From the human T2T-CHM13v2.0 reference genome, Homo sapiens, in NCBI RefSeq assembly GCF_009914755.1, contig NC_060945.1: a DNA stretch of 64,000 nucleotides; one strand, 5' to 3'. The notes under the pieces are model-generated. The model ran no database searches, was not told the origin of the DNA, and saw only the letters and a program-made list of their open reading frames with translations. A program made the translations under genes and the position numbers. The stretch's first letter is position 1. The number at the start of each line of letters is the position of its first letter. Positions 1-14,054 of the stretch are shown one piece after another.

Positions 1-159
1 CCCTGGAGTATCTCTCTCAGAGTGTACTGTATTCTGCACTTAACTTTCAAATATTTTCTTTTCCAATAAATTATGCTGTACTTTTTTTCTTTGTGTCTCT
101 TGTTTAAATTCTTAAAATCTAGGAAGACAAGAACAGAGGTATCACATCAGTTGTCAACA
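1..159 (+). mobile_element. 3' end of an ERV LTR (family not assigned)
   Basis: AATAAA at ~65, then a T-rich U5-like tract ending ...GTCAACA; satellite starts abruptly afterwards. Confidence 0.5.
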
Positions 160-3100
160 CAGCAATAAGTCAGCCTCCTTCTTGTAAGCATAGCCCATGT
201 AGAAAAGGAGAGTCGCATCACCTCGGTGCTGGATCCAGAGGTATGTCACAATTTATCCCATGCACAAAGTTAAGGTCATTGAGGAGAGTCATATTAAATA
301 ATTTCTGGGCCCAGGGATTTGTCACAACAGCTCCTGTGAGAAGAGATGAGGCAGCATAATCACATAACCGGTGTGCTGGACACAGCGATAAGCCACCTTT
401 CATCTGTGGGCATGACCCAGGCAAGAAAGAAGAGTCACGGCATTTAGGTGCTTGCTGCAGAGGTACGTAACAATCTCTCTTATGGGCAAAGCTCAGGTAA
501 GAGAGAAGAGTCAAATCTCCAAGGTGATTCATGTAGAAATTTGTCACAAGAGACTTTTTAGGCAGGGCCCATGTTGGATCTTCTTATCTTCCAGAAGTTA
601 GGTACAGGGATATGTCAGAATACCCAAAATACACAGGGCTCAGTCAATAAAGAAGAGCCACATCACCCAGGTGCTGGGTCTAGACATATGTCACATCTCT
701 TTTATGGGGAAAGCTCAGGTAAAAAAGGAAGGTCATATCAAATAGTTGATAGACCCAGAGATATGTCACATTGTCTCCTGCTTGAAGTGTCTAGGCCAAA
801 GACTCACATCACATTGGTGCTAGGCCTGTGTTCATATATAAACATTCAACCAGAGTTGAAATGGTGGCTCGTTTCTAAACCCAGCTTATAGGCAAGGGAT
901 GAGTCTCCTATCCTGACATAGTTAATTGTAATGATGTTGACTCTCATCCCTGGGCTTAATGTTACAAGTATGATCATGGGTCCCTACCTTTAGGAAGGTC
1001 TCAAAGTTGATTACAACTCTCATTCATACAGTATAGGGCCATTGGGTAGTACACAGAGCGTGCTAACTGGGCCGAGCACACAGGTGAGATTGTGAGACTC
1101 ATATGCATACCCAGCCAACAGTAACTATTGTCATCCTCTCACGGGAACACAAGTCAGTCTGCAGAGGAATTGAGGCTCTCATGCACAAATCCAGTCTGGT
1201 GTTGAGATGGTTATTCGTGGGCTTAGACCCAACATACAGGAGGTGTTGAATGTCATGCCTACCACTGAGACAGCTGTGCGATTGTTAATCTAATTCCTGG
1301 ACCATTCTGCAGCTTCCATTGTCAAATTTCCCAGTGCCTAGCACCTAAGTGACTTGACGGGCTTGCATGGACCCAGCCCACAGATGGGATATTAACATAT
1401 TGCTGGATCCAGCACATTGAGGATGTAACTCTATTCTCCTTCGTTGGCACTGCCCACAGTGAGCAGTTTGACATATCGCTAGACCTTACACCCAGGTGAT
1501 GTGAGTCTCCTCTTCTGCCTTGGCGCTGCCCTCAGGAAGCGTTGTTATATATAGCTTGGCCTCGCATCCAGGTTATGTGACTCTCCGGCTTGTGCACTGC
1601 CCATATGGGACACTGTGTTAATATTGCTGGGTCCACTACTCAGGTGATGTAACCCAACTGCCTGGGCCCTGCCTTACAGGGGCATTGTGACATATCTCTG
1701 TGCTCATCAGCCAGGTGATGTGATTCTCTTCTCCTGCCTGGTCCCTTTACACAGAAGGGATTGTGACACGTTGCTGGGCTTAGCACCAAGTTGATGTTGA
1801 TGTGAATCTTCTGCCTGGATCGAGTTCACAGAAGGCATCGTGACATACCTCTGGGTACATCACCTATTTGATGAGACTCTCCTCTCTTACCTGAGCATTG
1901 CCCATAAGAGAGATTGTGACATATCCCTGGGTCTAGCACTGGGATGATGTGAATTCTCTCTGCCTGGGTCATGCCCACAGAAGGAAGTGTGACTTATAAC
2001 TGGGAACAGCACAGGGGTGATGTGATTCTTCTGCCTGGTCCCTACGTACAGGAGTCATTGTCAAATGCCTCTGGGCCCATCATCTAGACTATGTGACTCT
2101 CTACTTCTTCCTAGGGCCTGCTCACATAAGGATTGTGACATATTACATGCCCTACATCATGTGACTTTTCTCTCATGTCTGGGCTCCGTCTTGGAGATGA
2201 ATGTGACACATACCTAGGCCTGTTACCTAGGTTCTGTAACTTCTCGTTTTTCAAAATCCTACCCACCAGGGGCATTGAAACATCTCTGTGGGCACTTCAC
2301 TTAGGTAATGTTACCCTGTTGCCTGGAGCCTCCCCTCTGGGGGGTATGGTGACATATTGCTGGACACAGTACCTATGTGATATTCTCTCCTTTCTTGCCT
2401 GGGCCTTGTATACATTATGTATTCTAATATACGGCTGGGTTTAATGACTAGGTGATGCAACTCTTATGCATAGGCCCTACCCACAGGGACATTATGACAT
2501 TTCTTTAGCTCTGACTCTCCTCTTTTGCCTTAGCCCTGCCAAAAAGGGAGGTGGTGACATATAACTGGACCTAGCAACCAGCTAATATGAGTCTCCTCTT
2601 TTGCCTGCACCCAGCATATTTTGGGTATTGTGATGTATCCTTTGTCTCAACACCTGCAGGATGAAAGTCTCCTGCCTGAGCCCAGCCATCTGTCAAAATT
2701 GTTTCTCCCACATGAACATGGACCATAATTGAGGTTCTGAAACTCACACCCAGAGGCAGTCAAAAGTTGGAAAATTGGCTCTTAAAAGTGGATATTGTCT
2801 GCCAGTGGGTTTGTGACTCCCTGACCAAGATCCAAAACACTTGTGAGGCTGTGAGTCCACTAAGATAACTCCATTTTCAAAAGGGATTAAGGCCCTCATG
2901 GAAAAAACCCATTCCTCCATTGAGATTGTGACTTATGCACATAGATACAACGTACAGGAGGCGTTCACTCTCATACCCAGAACCGGAACTTATGTGGGAT
3001 TGTTAATCTCATCCATGGACCTTCCTGCAGGTGTGATTCTGACATACACCTCTAGCCAGCACCTGAGTGATTTGACATTTTTGCCTGGGTGTAGCCCACA

Positions 3101-4908
3101 GATGAGATTGTGATATATCTCTGAATCCAGCATCTAATTAATATGCTTCTATTCTCCTGTCTTGGCACTGCCCATAAAGGGTATCCTGACCTAACACTGG
3201 TCCTGGCACTTTGTTATGTGACTCTGTCCTGTGCTTTGCCCACATGAGCCATTGTGACATATTGCTGGGTCCAACACCCAGGTGATGTAACTCTTGTCTA
3301 GACTTTGCCTACAGGGGGCATAGTGACATATCTCTACACTGACCACCCAGGTGATGGGACTCACTTCTCCTGACTGCTACCTGTTTATAGCAGGGATTGT
3401 TACAAATCGTTGCGGGCAGACTCTAGGTAATGTGACTGTCTTTTTACAGAGCGCTACCCACAGGAGCCATTGCAAAATATCTGTGGGCCTCTCACTCTTT
3501 GCCTGGGCTCATTTCTCAGGGGTATTGTGACATATGGATGACCTCAGCACCGAGGTGAACTGAGTTTCTTCTACTGTAGGGCTCTGACCAAAGAGAGATT
3601 ACAATGTATCACCGGGCCCAGCACCTGAGCTATTTGACTATCCGCTCTTGGCTGCACCCTACATTTATTGTGTATTGTGACATATCACTGGGTCCAACAC
3701 GTAGGTAATGTGACTCACCTGCATGGGCCATTTCCCCATGGGTACTATGAAGTATCTTTTTGTTCATCACTTAGGTGATGCAACTCTCCTCTTTGCCTTG
3801 GGCCCCACATAATTTAGCTATTGTGATGTATCACTGGGCCAATCACCTAGTCAATAGGAAGCTTCTGCCAAGACCCTGACTACTGAGGGCCTTGTGACAT
3901 AGCTCTGCATTTATCACCTAGAAAATATGATCCCCCCCCATTTCTGCCTGAACCCTGCTCACAAGAAAAATTGTAGCATACTTCTGGGCCCAGCAAACAG
4001 GTGATGTGTTTCACCTGCCTGTGCTTAGTTCACAGGGAAAATTGTGACATATCACTGGGCCCAGAACCCAGGTGAGGTGACTCTGCTGCATGTGTCGTGC
4101 TTTCAGGAGAGAACAAGAACATATCCCTGGCAGAACTCTTAGGGATGTGACTCTCTTGCCTTGTCCCTGTCCTCAGGGAAGACTGCAACATGTCCCTGAC
4201 ACAGACCCAGGTGATGAGACTCTCCTGTTTCTGACTACCCAAATGTGAGATTGTCACATATATTTTGGCCTAGCATGTAGGTGTGATGATGACATTCATA
4301 CCTTAAACCAACCAATAGCAGAGATACTTTCTCTCACAGCCAGGCTTAACAAAACTTGCAAAATTATGGGTCTTCTCTTACTATGAAGGTCAGAGAAAGT
4401 AAGCACTCTTGCATATCCTATAAAGCACTCAGATGGTACAGTGTCATCACAGGGCCCAGAACACAGGTGAGATTGTGTTCTCTGTGTGCACACCCACCAA
4501 TCATCAGAATTGTCATTCCTACACAGGAACAGAGGTGATTAGGGAGGTCTAAACCTCATACCTGAATGCCGTCCACAGCTGGAATTGTAACTATCACATG
4601 TGAACATCCAGTCACAGTTGGGATAGTGACTTATTTCTGAACCCAGTTTACAGCCAAGTAAAGATCCTCTTATCTGGATCCAGCCAGCTGGAGAGATGTT
4701 GACTCTCATACCTGGACTTATGGCCACAGGTATGATCATAGGTTCATATCAGCATGAAGACGTCAGAGTGGATTATGTTTAATGCATACTCTACAAGGTC
4801 CACAGGAGGTACATAGTGTCCTAACAGGGCCCAGCAAACAGGTGAGATTCTAACACTCATGCACACTCTGGTGACAATAAAAGTTACCATCCTCAAAAAT
4901 GGGTACAA

Positions 4909-5530
4909 CCGGCATGGCTCAGTGGCTCACGCCTGTAATCGCAGCACTTTGGGAAGCCGAGGCGGACAGATCATGAGATCAGGAGATCAAGACCATCCTG
5001 GCCAACATGGTGAAACCACGTCTCTCTACTATTTATGATTATGATTATGATTATGATTATGATTATTATTTTGAGACAGAGTCTTGCTCTGTCACCCAGA
5101 CTGGAGTGCAGTGGCACCATCTAGGCTTACTGCAACATCCGCCTCCCTGGTTCAAACAATTCTCTTGTTTCAGCTTCCCGAGTAGCAGGGACTACAGGCT
5201 CATGCCACCATTCCCAGCTAATTTTTGTATTTTTAGTGGAGAAGGGGTTTCACCATATTAATTAGGCTGGTCTCAAACTCCTGACCTCAGGTGATCCACC
5301 CACCTCGACCTCCCAAAGTGCTGGGATTACAGGCATGGGACACTGTGCCTGGCCACCCCATCTCTACTAAAAATACAAAAATTAGCTGAGCGTCGTGGCA
5401 CGTACCTGCAATCCCAGCTACTCGGGAAGCTGAGGCAAGAGAGTTGCTTGAACCCAGGAGGCAGAGGTTGCAGAGAGCCGAGATCGCCCCACTGCACTCC
5501 AGCCTGGCGATAGAGTGAGACTCCGTCTCA
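4909..5530 (+). mobile_element. Alu (AluS-type) interrupted by a nested Alu
   Basis: Left arm 4909-5031, resumes at 5355 (TCTCTACTAAAAATACAAAA) and ends GAGACTCCGTCTCA at 5530. Confidence 0.9.
5032..5354 (-). mobile_element. Nested AluS with (TATGAT)n tail
   Basis: Full reverse Alu; target-site duplication ACCACGTCTCTCTACTA (5015-5031) / ACCCCATCTCTACTA (5355-5369). Confidence 0.9.
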
Positions 5531-5537
5531 AGGGACC

Positions 5538-5541
5538 AAAA

Positions 5542-5614
<73 letters not shown>

Positions 5615-5808
5615 AAGAAAGAAAGGAAGGAAGGAAGGAAGGAAGGAAGGAAGGAAAAGAAAGAAAGAAAGAGAAAGAAAGAAAGGAAAAGAAAGAATTA
5701 AAGAAGAAAGAAAGAGAAAGAAAGAAGAAAGAAAGAAGAAAGAAGGAAGGAAGAAAGAAAGAAAGAAAAAGAAAGAAAGAAAGAAAGAAAGAAGAAAGAA
5801 AGAAAGAA

Positions 5809-5872
<64 letters not shown>

Positions 5873-5876
5873 GAAA
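5538..5876 (+). repeat. (GAAA)n/(GGAA)n/(GA)n polypurine tract
   Basis: ~340 bp of almost pure purines following the Alu 3' end. Confidence 0.95.
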
Positions 5877-8800
5877 ATTGACTCTCATATATGGATCTTG
5901 TCCACAGGTAGGTGGGTGACTCTCAAACCAAAATTCATTACATCTGTGAGACTGTAACTCTCCTAAGGGGAGAAGTTCTTCTCAGCCAGAGAAGACTCAT
6001 TTATGAATCCAGTTCACTGTTGAGATTGGGACTGGTGTACCTAGGCCAAACATACGAATTCTCATACCTGCAATCCGGACATGTGTGGAGTTGTTCATCT
6101 CATCCCTGTCGCTTTCTGCAGGTGGGATTGTGACATACATCTCTGCCCAGCTCCTGAGTGTTTTAGCTCTGTTTCCTGTGTCCAGCTCACAGATGGGATT
6201 CTGATATATCACTGAAGCCAGCACCTAGATGATGTGACTCTTATCTCCTGCCTTGGTGCTGCCCACAGGGGACATTGGGACATATCACTTGGCCTTGCAC
6301 CTAGGTAATGTATGTTTTCTGTCTTGCATTAGTGCTACTCACAGGGGTGTTGTGATGTATTGCTGGGTCCCACATCCATGTTATGTGACTCTTCTGCCTG
6401 TGCCCAGTCCACAATGGCCATTTTGACATATTGTTGCATCCAAAACCTAGATGATTTACCTCTCCTTCCTGAGCTTTGCCTAAGGGGACATTGTGAAATA
6501 TCTATGAGCCCATCACCCATGTGGTGTGATTTTCTTCTCCTGCCTAGTCCCTGCTTAAAGAAAGGATTGTGACATATCACTATGCCCAGCACCTAGCTCA
6601 TGTTACTCTTCTTTTGTTTTTTAGGATTTGTTTGGAAGGAGATTGTGATACATTGGTGGGTCCAACTTCTCGGTGACATTACTCTGTTGACTTTGCTCTG
6701 CAAGCAGAAAGCACTGTGACACATTATTGGGCCCAACACCAAGGTGAGTCTCCTGCCTGAAGCCTGCCTACAGCAATTTGTAACATATGGCATTGGGACA
6801 TATCTCTGAGCCCATCAACTATTTGACAAGATTCTCCTTTTTTAACAAAGGCTTTGCCCATAGGAGAGATTGTGACATAATTCTGAGCCCAGAAAATAGG
6901 GGATATTTCTTTTGTTTTCTGCTTGAGCCCCACATTGTGATGTATTTCTCCTCCCAACAACTGAGGGAAGGGAAAGTCCTGCCTGGGTCTTGCCTACAGG
7001 GAGCCTTGTGAAATCTTTCCGCGTTCATCACCTTAAATATGTGACCCTCATCTTCTGCCGTGGCCATGTTTACAGAAGGGAGAGTGGGTTATTCCTAGAC
7101 CCAGCACACAGGTCATGTGATTCTGCAACCTGGTGTCTCCAGAGGGGTCATTTTGACATATCTCTAGACTCATCAACTAGATAATGTAATGCTCCTCTTC
7201 CCCCTGAAACCTATCCATAGTGGAGATTGTGAAATACAGCCTGGCACAGCACCTACATGATGGTACTCTCTTCTCATGCTTGGGTGCTGCCCACAGGGGT
7301 GATTGAAACTTATAGCTGGGTACAGTCTTCAGGTGATGTAACTCTCCTCTATTTTTGGGCCCACACACACAGGGCACTACCATATAGCTCTGCTCCTCAG
7401 ACCTAGGTGATGTGACTCTGCTGTCTGTTACCTCCTCTTAGGGGGAATTGTGATATATTGCTGGGCCCAGAACCGAGGTGATGTGGCCTTTTCTCTTGCC
7501 TGGGCCCTGCATACATGGTGTACAGTAACATATATCTGGGTTGAACACATAGGTGATGTGACTCTTCTGCATAGGTCTCGCCAACAGGGGTATTATGACA
7601 TACTCTTCTATTCATTGCCTAGGCGATGTGACTCTCCACTCTTACCTGGGCCCTTCCAAAACAGGGGATTGTGACATATCAGTGACCCTACCACCAAGGT
7701 GATGTGACTGTTCTCTTTTGCCTGGGTTTGCATATTTTGGGTATTGTGACATATCCCTGGGCCCAACACTTAGGGAATAAAAGGTTTATTCCTCTACCTT
7801 ACGTGCAGTGAAGCTTGTGACATATTTCTGCATTCATCACCAAGAAGATGTGACTCTTCTGCCTGCATCCTGAACACAGAGAGGATTGTGAAATATTGCT
7901 AGATCCAGCATGCAGGTGATGTGTCTCTGCTGCCTGGTTCCTAATGTGAGGAGTGGATTCCAACATACCAATGCCTGAACATTCAGGTAATGTGACTGTT
8001 GCCTGGTCCCTGTCCTCAGGGAAGCGACATATCACTGGCCCAGCGTCCAACTGATTTTACTCTCCTGCTCTCTTCCTATATGCAGGTGTAATTGTGACAT
8101 ATATCTTGGAACACAACACACAGGTGCAATGATGACATTCATATGTCAAACCAGCCAATAGAAGAGATACTGCTTCTCCTAGCTACACTTAGGGAAATGA
8201 AAAAAAACTCTGGGTCTCCTCGCTAAGATCATCCACTCTCTCACATATTACAGAAAGCCCTCGGGTGGTAGAGAGTCTTATCACAGGGCCCAGCGCACAG
8301 GTGAAATTTGTTACTCCTATGGGCACCCTGAACCCTCCTGACCATTATGATTTTCACCCTCACATATAAACAGAACCCACTGGTGAGGTCCTGAATTTCA
8401 CACATGAATGCAGTTTATAGTTGGAATTGCGAATCTCATATGTAAAGATCTGCCCAGAGTTGGAATGGGAACTTCGTTATAAACCCAGGGCATAGAAAGG
8501 TGATGATTCTCTTATCTGGACCCCGCCAATTGTAAAGATGTTGACTCATATATAGGCTTAGGGCCACAGGTTTGATCATGGGTCCATACCAGCATGAAAA
8601 TCTCGGAAAGAATTGAGAGTGTCATGCATACAACATAAAGCCGTCAGGTGCAACACAGAAAGTCCTAATAGGGCTCAGCACACAGTAATATAATGACATT
8701 GGGATGCACACCCAGCCAACATTAAAGATTGTCATTCTTTCACATGATCATAGTTCACTTTTGAGGCTCTGAATCCCATACCCAAAGGCAGATTGACAAG

Positions 8801-11800
8801 TTGAAAAATTGACTCTCATATTTGAGAGTCACAGATGCGTTGATGACTCTCAGATCATGAGTCAGCACACCTAGGAAGCTGTGATTTCAATTAGGGGACA
8901 AAGTACGCAAGAGAAAATGGGGCTGCCATGCACAAATTTAGTCCACTATTGAGATAGTGAATTGTGTACTTAGATCAAACATACAGAAGGTGTTCACTCT
9001 CATGGGTAAAACCAGAATATGTGCGGGATTCATCCCATATCTGGACTTTCCTGCAGGTGTCATTGTGACAAGCATACACATTTGTCCAGCACCTGAGTGA
9101 TTAGACTCTTCTGTTTAAGCCCAGCTCACAAATAAAATTGGGACATATCTTTGGACCTGGAACATAGGTGATGTGGCTCTATTCTCTTGCCTTCGTGCTG
9201 CCCACAGGGAGCATTGTAACATATCACTGAACTTAACACCTAGGAGATTAGAGGCTCCTGCCTGAACTCTGTCCACAGTGAGCCTTGTAGCATATTTCTG
9301 CTTCCAACACCAGATGATGTGACTCTCCTTTCTGCCTGCACCTTGCCCACAGGAAAGATTCTGACATATCACTGGGCCCAGTAATCAGTAATCAGGTGAT
9401 GTTTCTCTCCTGCTATGGCCTTGCCCACAGGGAGTGTGGTGACATATCACTGAGCTCAATATTCAGGTGATTTGACTCTGCTGCTTGTACTCTGATTTCA
9501 GGAGGGGATTGTAACATATCCCCTGTGAGCACACAAGTGATGGGACTCCCCTCCTAGCCTCTGACCTCAGAAAACATTGTTACATATCTCTGGCCCAGCC
9601 TTAGGTATGTGATTCTCCTACCTGTTCCCTGCCATCAGGGAAGATATTGACAGATCTCAGGCCAAGCATCCTGGTGACGTGACTCTCCTGCTCACTCCCT
9701 ACCCACAGGAGAGATTGAAACATATATCTTGGCCAGCTCACAGGTGTAATAATGACTCTCATACCTCAAACCTGCCACTAAGAGAAATGCTGTTTTTCAT
9801 AGGGAGGCTTTGGAAAACGGGTAGGTCTTAACTCTTCCTTTTGTATGAAGGTCTTAGAGGAATACAACTCTCTCATATTATACAAAGCTCTTAAATGGTA
9901 CAAAGAGTGTTATCACAGGGATATGTTGCATAACCTATGGGAGGGGCCCAGTTATATGTCACAATTAGCCCAGGGGGCAGGGCACAGGCATGAGAAGAAT
10001 CTCACCACATATGTGCTGGCCTAAGTGATACATCATCATCCCCACTGTGGACAGGTCGCAGTAAGAACAGGAGAGTCACATCATTCTAATAATGGTCTCA
10101 GATATACATCACAATGACTCCCCTGGGCAGAAACAAGGGATAAGGTTCACATCACCTGTGGGCTAGGCCCAGAGATGTCACTCTTACTTCTGTGGGCATG
10201 TCTCAGGCTGGAGAGGAGAATCACATTACCTAAGCACTGGATCAAGAAATACTTCACAATCTTTCTCATGGGCAAAGCCCAGGTAAGAGAATAGAGCCAT
10301 ATCAAATAGTTCATGGGCTCAGAGATATGTCACAATGCTCCCTGTGGGCAGGGTTCAGGTAGGACAATCACATTACCTTGGTGCTTGTTCAGCAATATAT
10401 CCCAAAGCCTTCTGAGGGCAGAGCCAAGACAAAAGAGTAAAATCATTTTGGTGTTTTACAAATCGATATGTCACAATCTCCCCCGAGGGCAGAACCTGAA
10501 AAAAGGGAAGAGTCACATTAGCTAAATGCTGCGCCGGGTGATAAGTCACAATTCACCCTGTAGGCAGAGACTAGACAGAAGATAGAGTCACATCATCTAG
10601 TGGCTGGTGCAGAGATATGCCACCATGCCCTCTGTAGGCAGAGTTCAGACAGGAGAGTTATGTCACCTGTGTTTTGGACCCAGAAATATGTCACAAAAGC
10701 CCATGGACAGAGCACAGGAAAGACAGGCACATAACCTGAATATCAGCTTCAGTGGTATGTCCCAATGCCTCCTGTGAGCATTCCAAGGCAGGAGAGGAGA
10801 CTCACATTACCTGTGTGCAAGACCCAGTGATACGTCACACGGAGGAGTACCACTGTCATGCATATTGTGTAAACTATGGTAGAGAAATTGTCACCAAAGA
10901 GCTCAGCACACTGGTGAGATTATACTTCTGAGATTCACACCACACCAATATTCAGGATGGTCTCTATCACACGTGGAGAGAGCCCACTCTTGAGGTCCTG
11001 AATTACACATGCAGACATAGTCCACAACTGGGATTCTGACTTTCATATGTGAACATCCAGCCACAGGTGGGATGGTGACTCATTTTTAAACGCAGCTCAT
11101 AGGCAGTTAAGAAATCTTATTTGGACCCATCCAAGTAGAAAGATGTTGACTGTCATACCAGGGCTTAAAGCTAAAGGCACAAGGAGGGGTCCGTGCCTGC
11201 TTAAGGTTTCAGGGAGAATTGTTACATTCATGCATACTCTATAAAGGCTTCATATGGTGAAGAGAGTGTCCTGACAGGGCCCAGAACAAAAGTAGATTGT
11301 GACACTCATATCTACTCTGAGCCAAGAGTAAAAATTGTCATCTTTTCACATGAACACAGCCCACTGTTGAGGTTCCAAATCTCACACCTGGAGGCGGTTG
11401 AGAGATGAATAATTGACTCTCATAAGTGGATGCGATCCATGTTTGAGTCAGTGACTCTAAAACCAACATTCAGCAAACACGTGACGCTGTGACTCCATTA
11501 AGGGGCCACGGTCCTCGGGAAAGACTGAAGCTGCCATGCACAGATCCAGCGCACCATTGAGACTGTGACTTCTACACTTAGACCCAACAAACACAATGTG
11601 TTTGCTCTCACACCTAGATATGGGACATGTGCAGGATTGTCAGTCTCAGCCCTGGACTTTCCTGGAGGTATAACTGTGAAATATATCTCGGCCCAGCTCG
11701 TGAGTGACTTGACTCTTCTGCGTAGCCCAGCCCATGATAAAATTGTGACATTATTGAACCCAGCACCTATGACCCGCCTCTTCTGCCTGGGTCCTGTCAA

Positions 11801-12929
11801 AAAGAGAGATTGTGACAAATCACTGGGACAAGCACCCACATGATGTGACTCTCCTCTTTTGCCTGGGCCCTGCATATTTTGTATATTCTGACATACTGCT
11901 GGGCATAATACCTAGGGAATTGATGGCTACTGCCTGAGCCCTGTTCACAGGGGGCCTTGGGACATCTCTCTGCATTCACCACCTAAAAAAAGTGTGTGCA
12001 CCCTGCCTACAAAGAAGATTGTAGCAGATCACTTGTCTTAGCAACCAAGTGATGCGAGTCTCCTGTCCTGCCTTGGTGCTGCTCACAGGGGACATTATAA
12101 CATATACTTGGTGCTGCACCCATGTTTTGTAATTTTTCTGCCAGGGGTCTACCATATAAGCTATATTGCTGGGTCCAACACCCAGGTTATGCAGCTCTCC
12201 TTTCTGTGCTCTGCCTACAGGGGACATTGTGACTTATCTCTGCACCCATCACTCAGGTGATGTGACTTGCTTCTGCTGACTGATTCCTGTTCAAGTGGAG
12301 ATTGTGACATATCAATGGGGGCACCATCTAGCTGATGTAACTATTCTCTTCTGCCTAGGTTCTTCCTGCAGTGGAAATTGTGATGTATCACTGGGCTTAA
12401 CACCAAAGTGACATTAATTTTTTGCCTTGGTTCTTCCCTCAGAAGACATTGTAATATATTGCTGGGCTCAGCACCAAAACGATGTGGATTTCCTGTCTGG
12501 ACCCTGCATACAGGAGTCCCTGTGACATATCTCTTGACTCATCAACTATTTGATGTGACTCTCCTCTGTTCCCTGAGCTTTGCCTATAGGAAAGCGTCAG
12601 CCTGGACTCCAGAGTCAGCCACCCACCCCTGCACAGACAAGGAGAGGTCTCATTAAGCTTCAGCACAGTCTGGGACCATAGCTTTTTTTGTAACGATTTG
12701 TTCGGCATGAGGCCCACTCACAAGGGCCCTTCGTGACTGGACTCAAGGAAAACGAAAAGGCCTACTTGTTTTTGCGATTTTCTGTTGTTTTTCAATAACT
12801 ATTTCTCAGAAACAGTGCTGGATGAATTCCACAAGGGGTTCACACAACCTGTTCCAGGACTTAGTGACCATTGTTTCTGTCCATGTTCATTGAGTTCAAA
12901 TTTAATATTTAACTTTTCCTCCTCATTCA

Positions 12930-13930
12930 GCCTCAATTTGACACTGAATCATAGGAAAATATTTTTACAGTTATAAGGGGAAGTCACAACTGGTATAGAT
13001 TACAAATAGAGCAGAGGAGAATTAAAAGCACAATTAATAGAAACCACACCCACCACGGCCAACGCCAATGCTAGTTTGACAGCCAGTCCATGATGGGGTC
13101 CTGATGGTTAGATTCTAACTGTTTTACTTGTCCTTGCATGTCTTCGGCAAGGAGAGTAATACTGCGAGAACTGTCAGGGATACACACAACATTCAGAATG
13201 CAGCAAGACTCAAACCCCTCCTTGGGCTGCGGTAAACATACCTAATGCCATTCGATTTTGCAACACAACAGTACACAGCTGAACAAGTTCTTCTGATAAC
13301 AACAGAAGTCCAGTGCTACTATCTTAGGAGCTTTTACTATATGTGGACTTAATATTTTAATTTGTTGCTGAAGCAGGATTGTACGAGGGGCAAGGGAGAA
13401 TACTGTGATAGTTTTCCACCACCAGGGAGTCTGGCACGTTCATAACCAGCTACCTTTGTAAGCATCTAGATTATTGGGGAAGGGAATATTATCCCGGATG
13501 GTGAATGGAATTAATGGCACCCCCAAGTGAATATCCCCATCCAATAAGGGGGCAGGTAGGCCACCCATAGGGTCTGCATACCCAGAGGGCCCCCTAGGGG
13601 ACAGCAATGGTTATACTACAATTATAGTGTATTAAGATGTTATTAAAGTAGCAAAGGAAGTCCAGGTTGGATTGCAAGTGTTGTTGTTTTGGCCCCATTT
13701 GTAGTGACAGAGCCATTCAGAAATATTGGCAAGGACAACTCTGCAAGGCAGTCCATTTCCTGTGGCCTCTGGCAATTTGATGCATAGCCAGCATTGACTG
13801 TGGTTGGCTTCTGTCGCAGTGGTTGCTGCCCAGTTGATGAATTCACTCTCCACCTCAGACCTGATGACCCAGGTACTGATTACTAGTAGACAGGTTATTC
13901 TCTGTAACAACAAAACTGAAGGGGAACATG
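12930..13930 (-). pseudogene. env: ERV env remnant (gamma-type)
   Basis: SU motif CWLC (NHSQCWLCIKLP) and TM immunosuppressive domain LQNRMALGMFTAAQGGV*VLLHSECC at ~13180-13265; stops and frameshifts. Confidence 0.9.
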
Positions 13931-14054
13931 ATATTGTTTTTCATTTTTAGGAAACTGTACTACCCTTTTATTTTCTGCTCCCATAGCTACAAGGTCACCA
14001 GCCTTAGGAGTGGGATCTGATGGAGGCTGTATCCATATTTTCGCTCCAGGATTT

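Larger units (their letters stand above)
160..12592. repeat. Diverged beta-satellite (68-bp BSR) domain with interspersed spacer modules
   Basis: Recurring ~68-bp unit. 3276-3345 reads CACCCAGGTGATGTAACTCTTGTCTAGACTTTGCCTACAGGGGGCATAGTGACATATCTCTACACTGA, close to the Sau3A beta-satellite consensus. Reverse-oriented blocks at ~160-830 and ~9935-10840. Confidence 0.9.

Noticed and set aside
5418-5919. 134-aa K/E/R-rich and 156-aa F/L/S-rich ORFs
   Set aside because: Translations of the (GAAA)n tract and adjacent Alu
160-12592. Many short Cys/His-rich ORFs and repeat-spacer-like periodicity
   Set aside because: Satellite translations; the units are diverged tandem monomers, not a CRISPR array, and the DNA is eukaryotic
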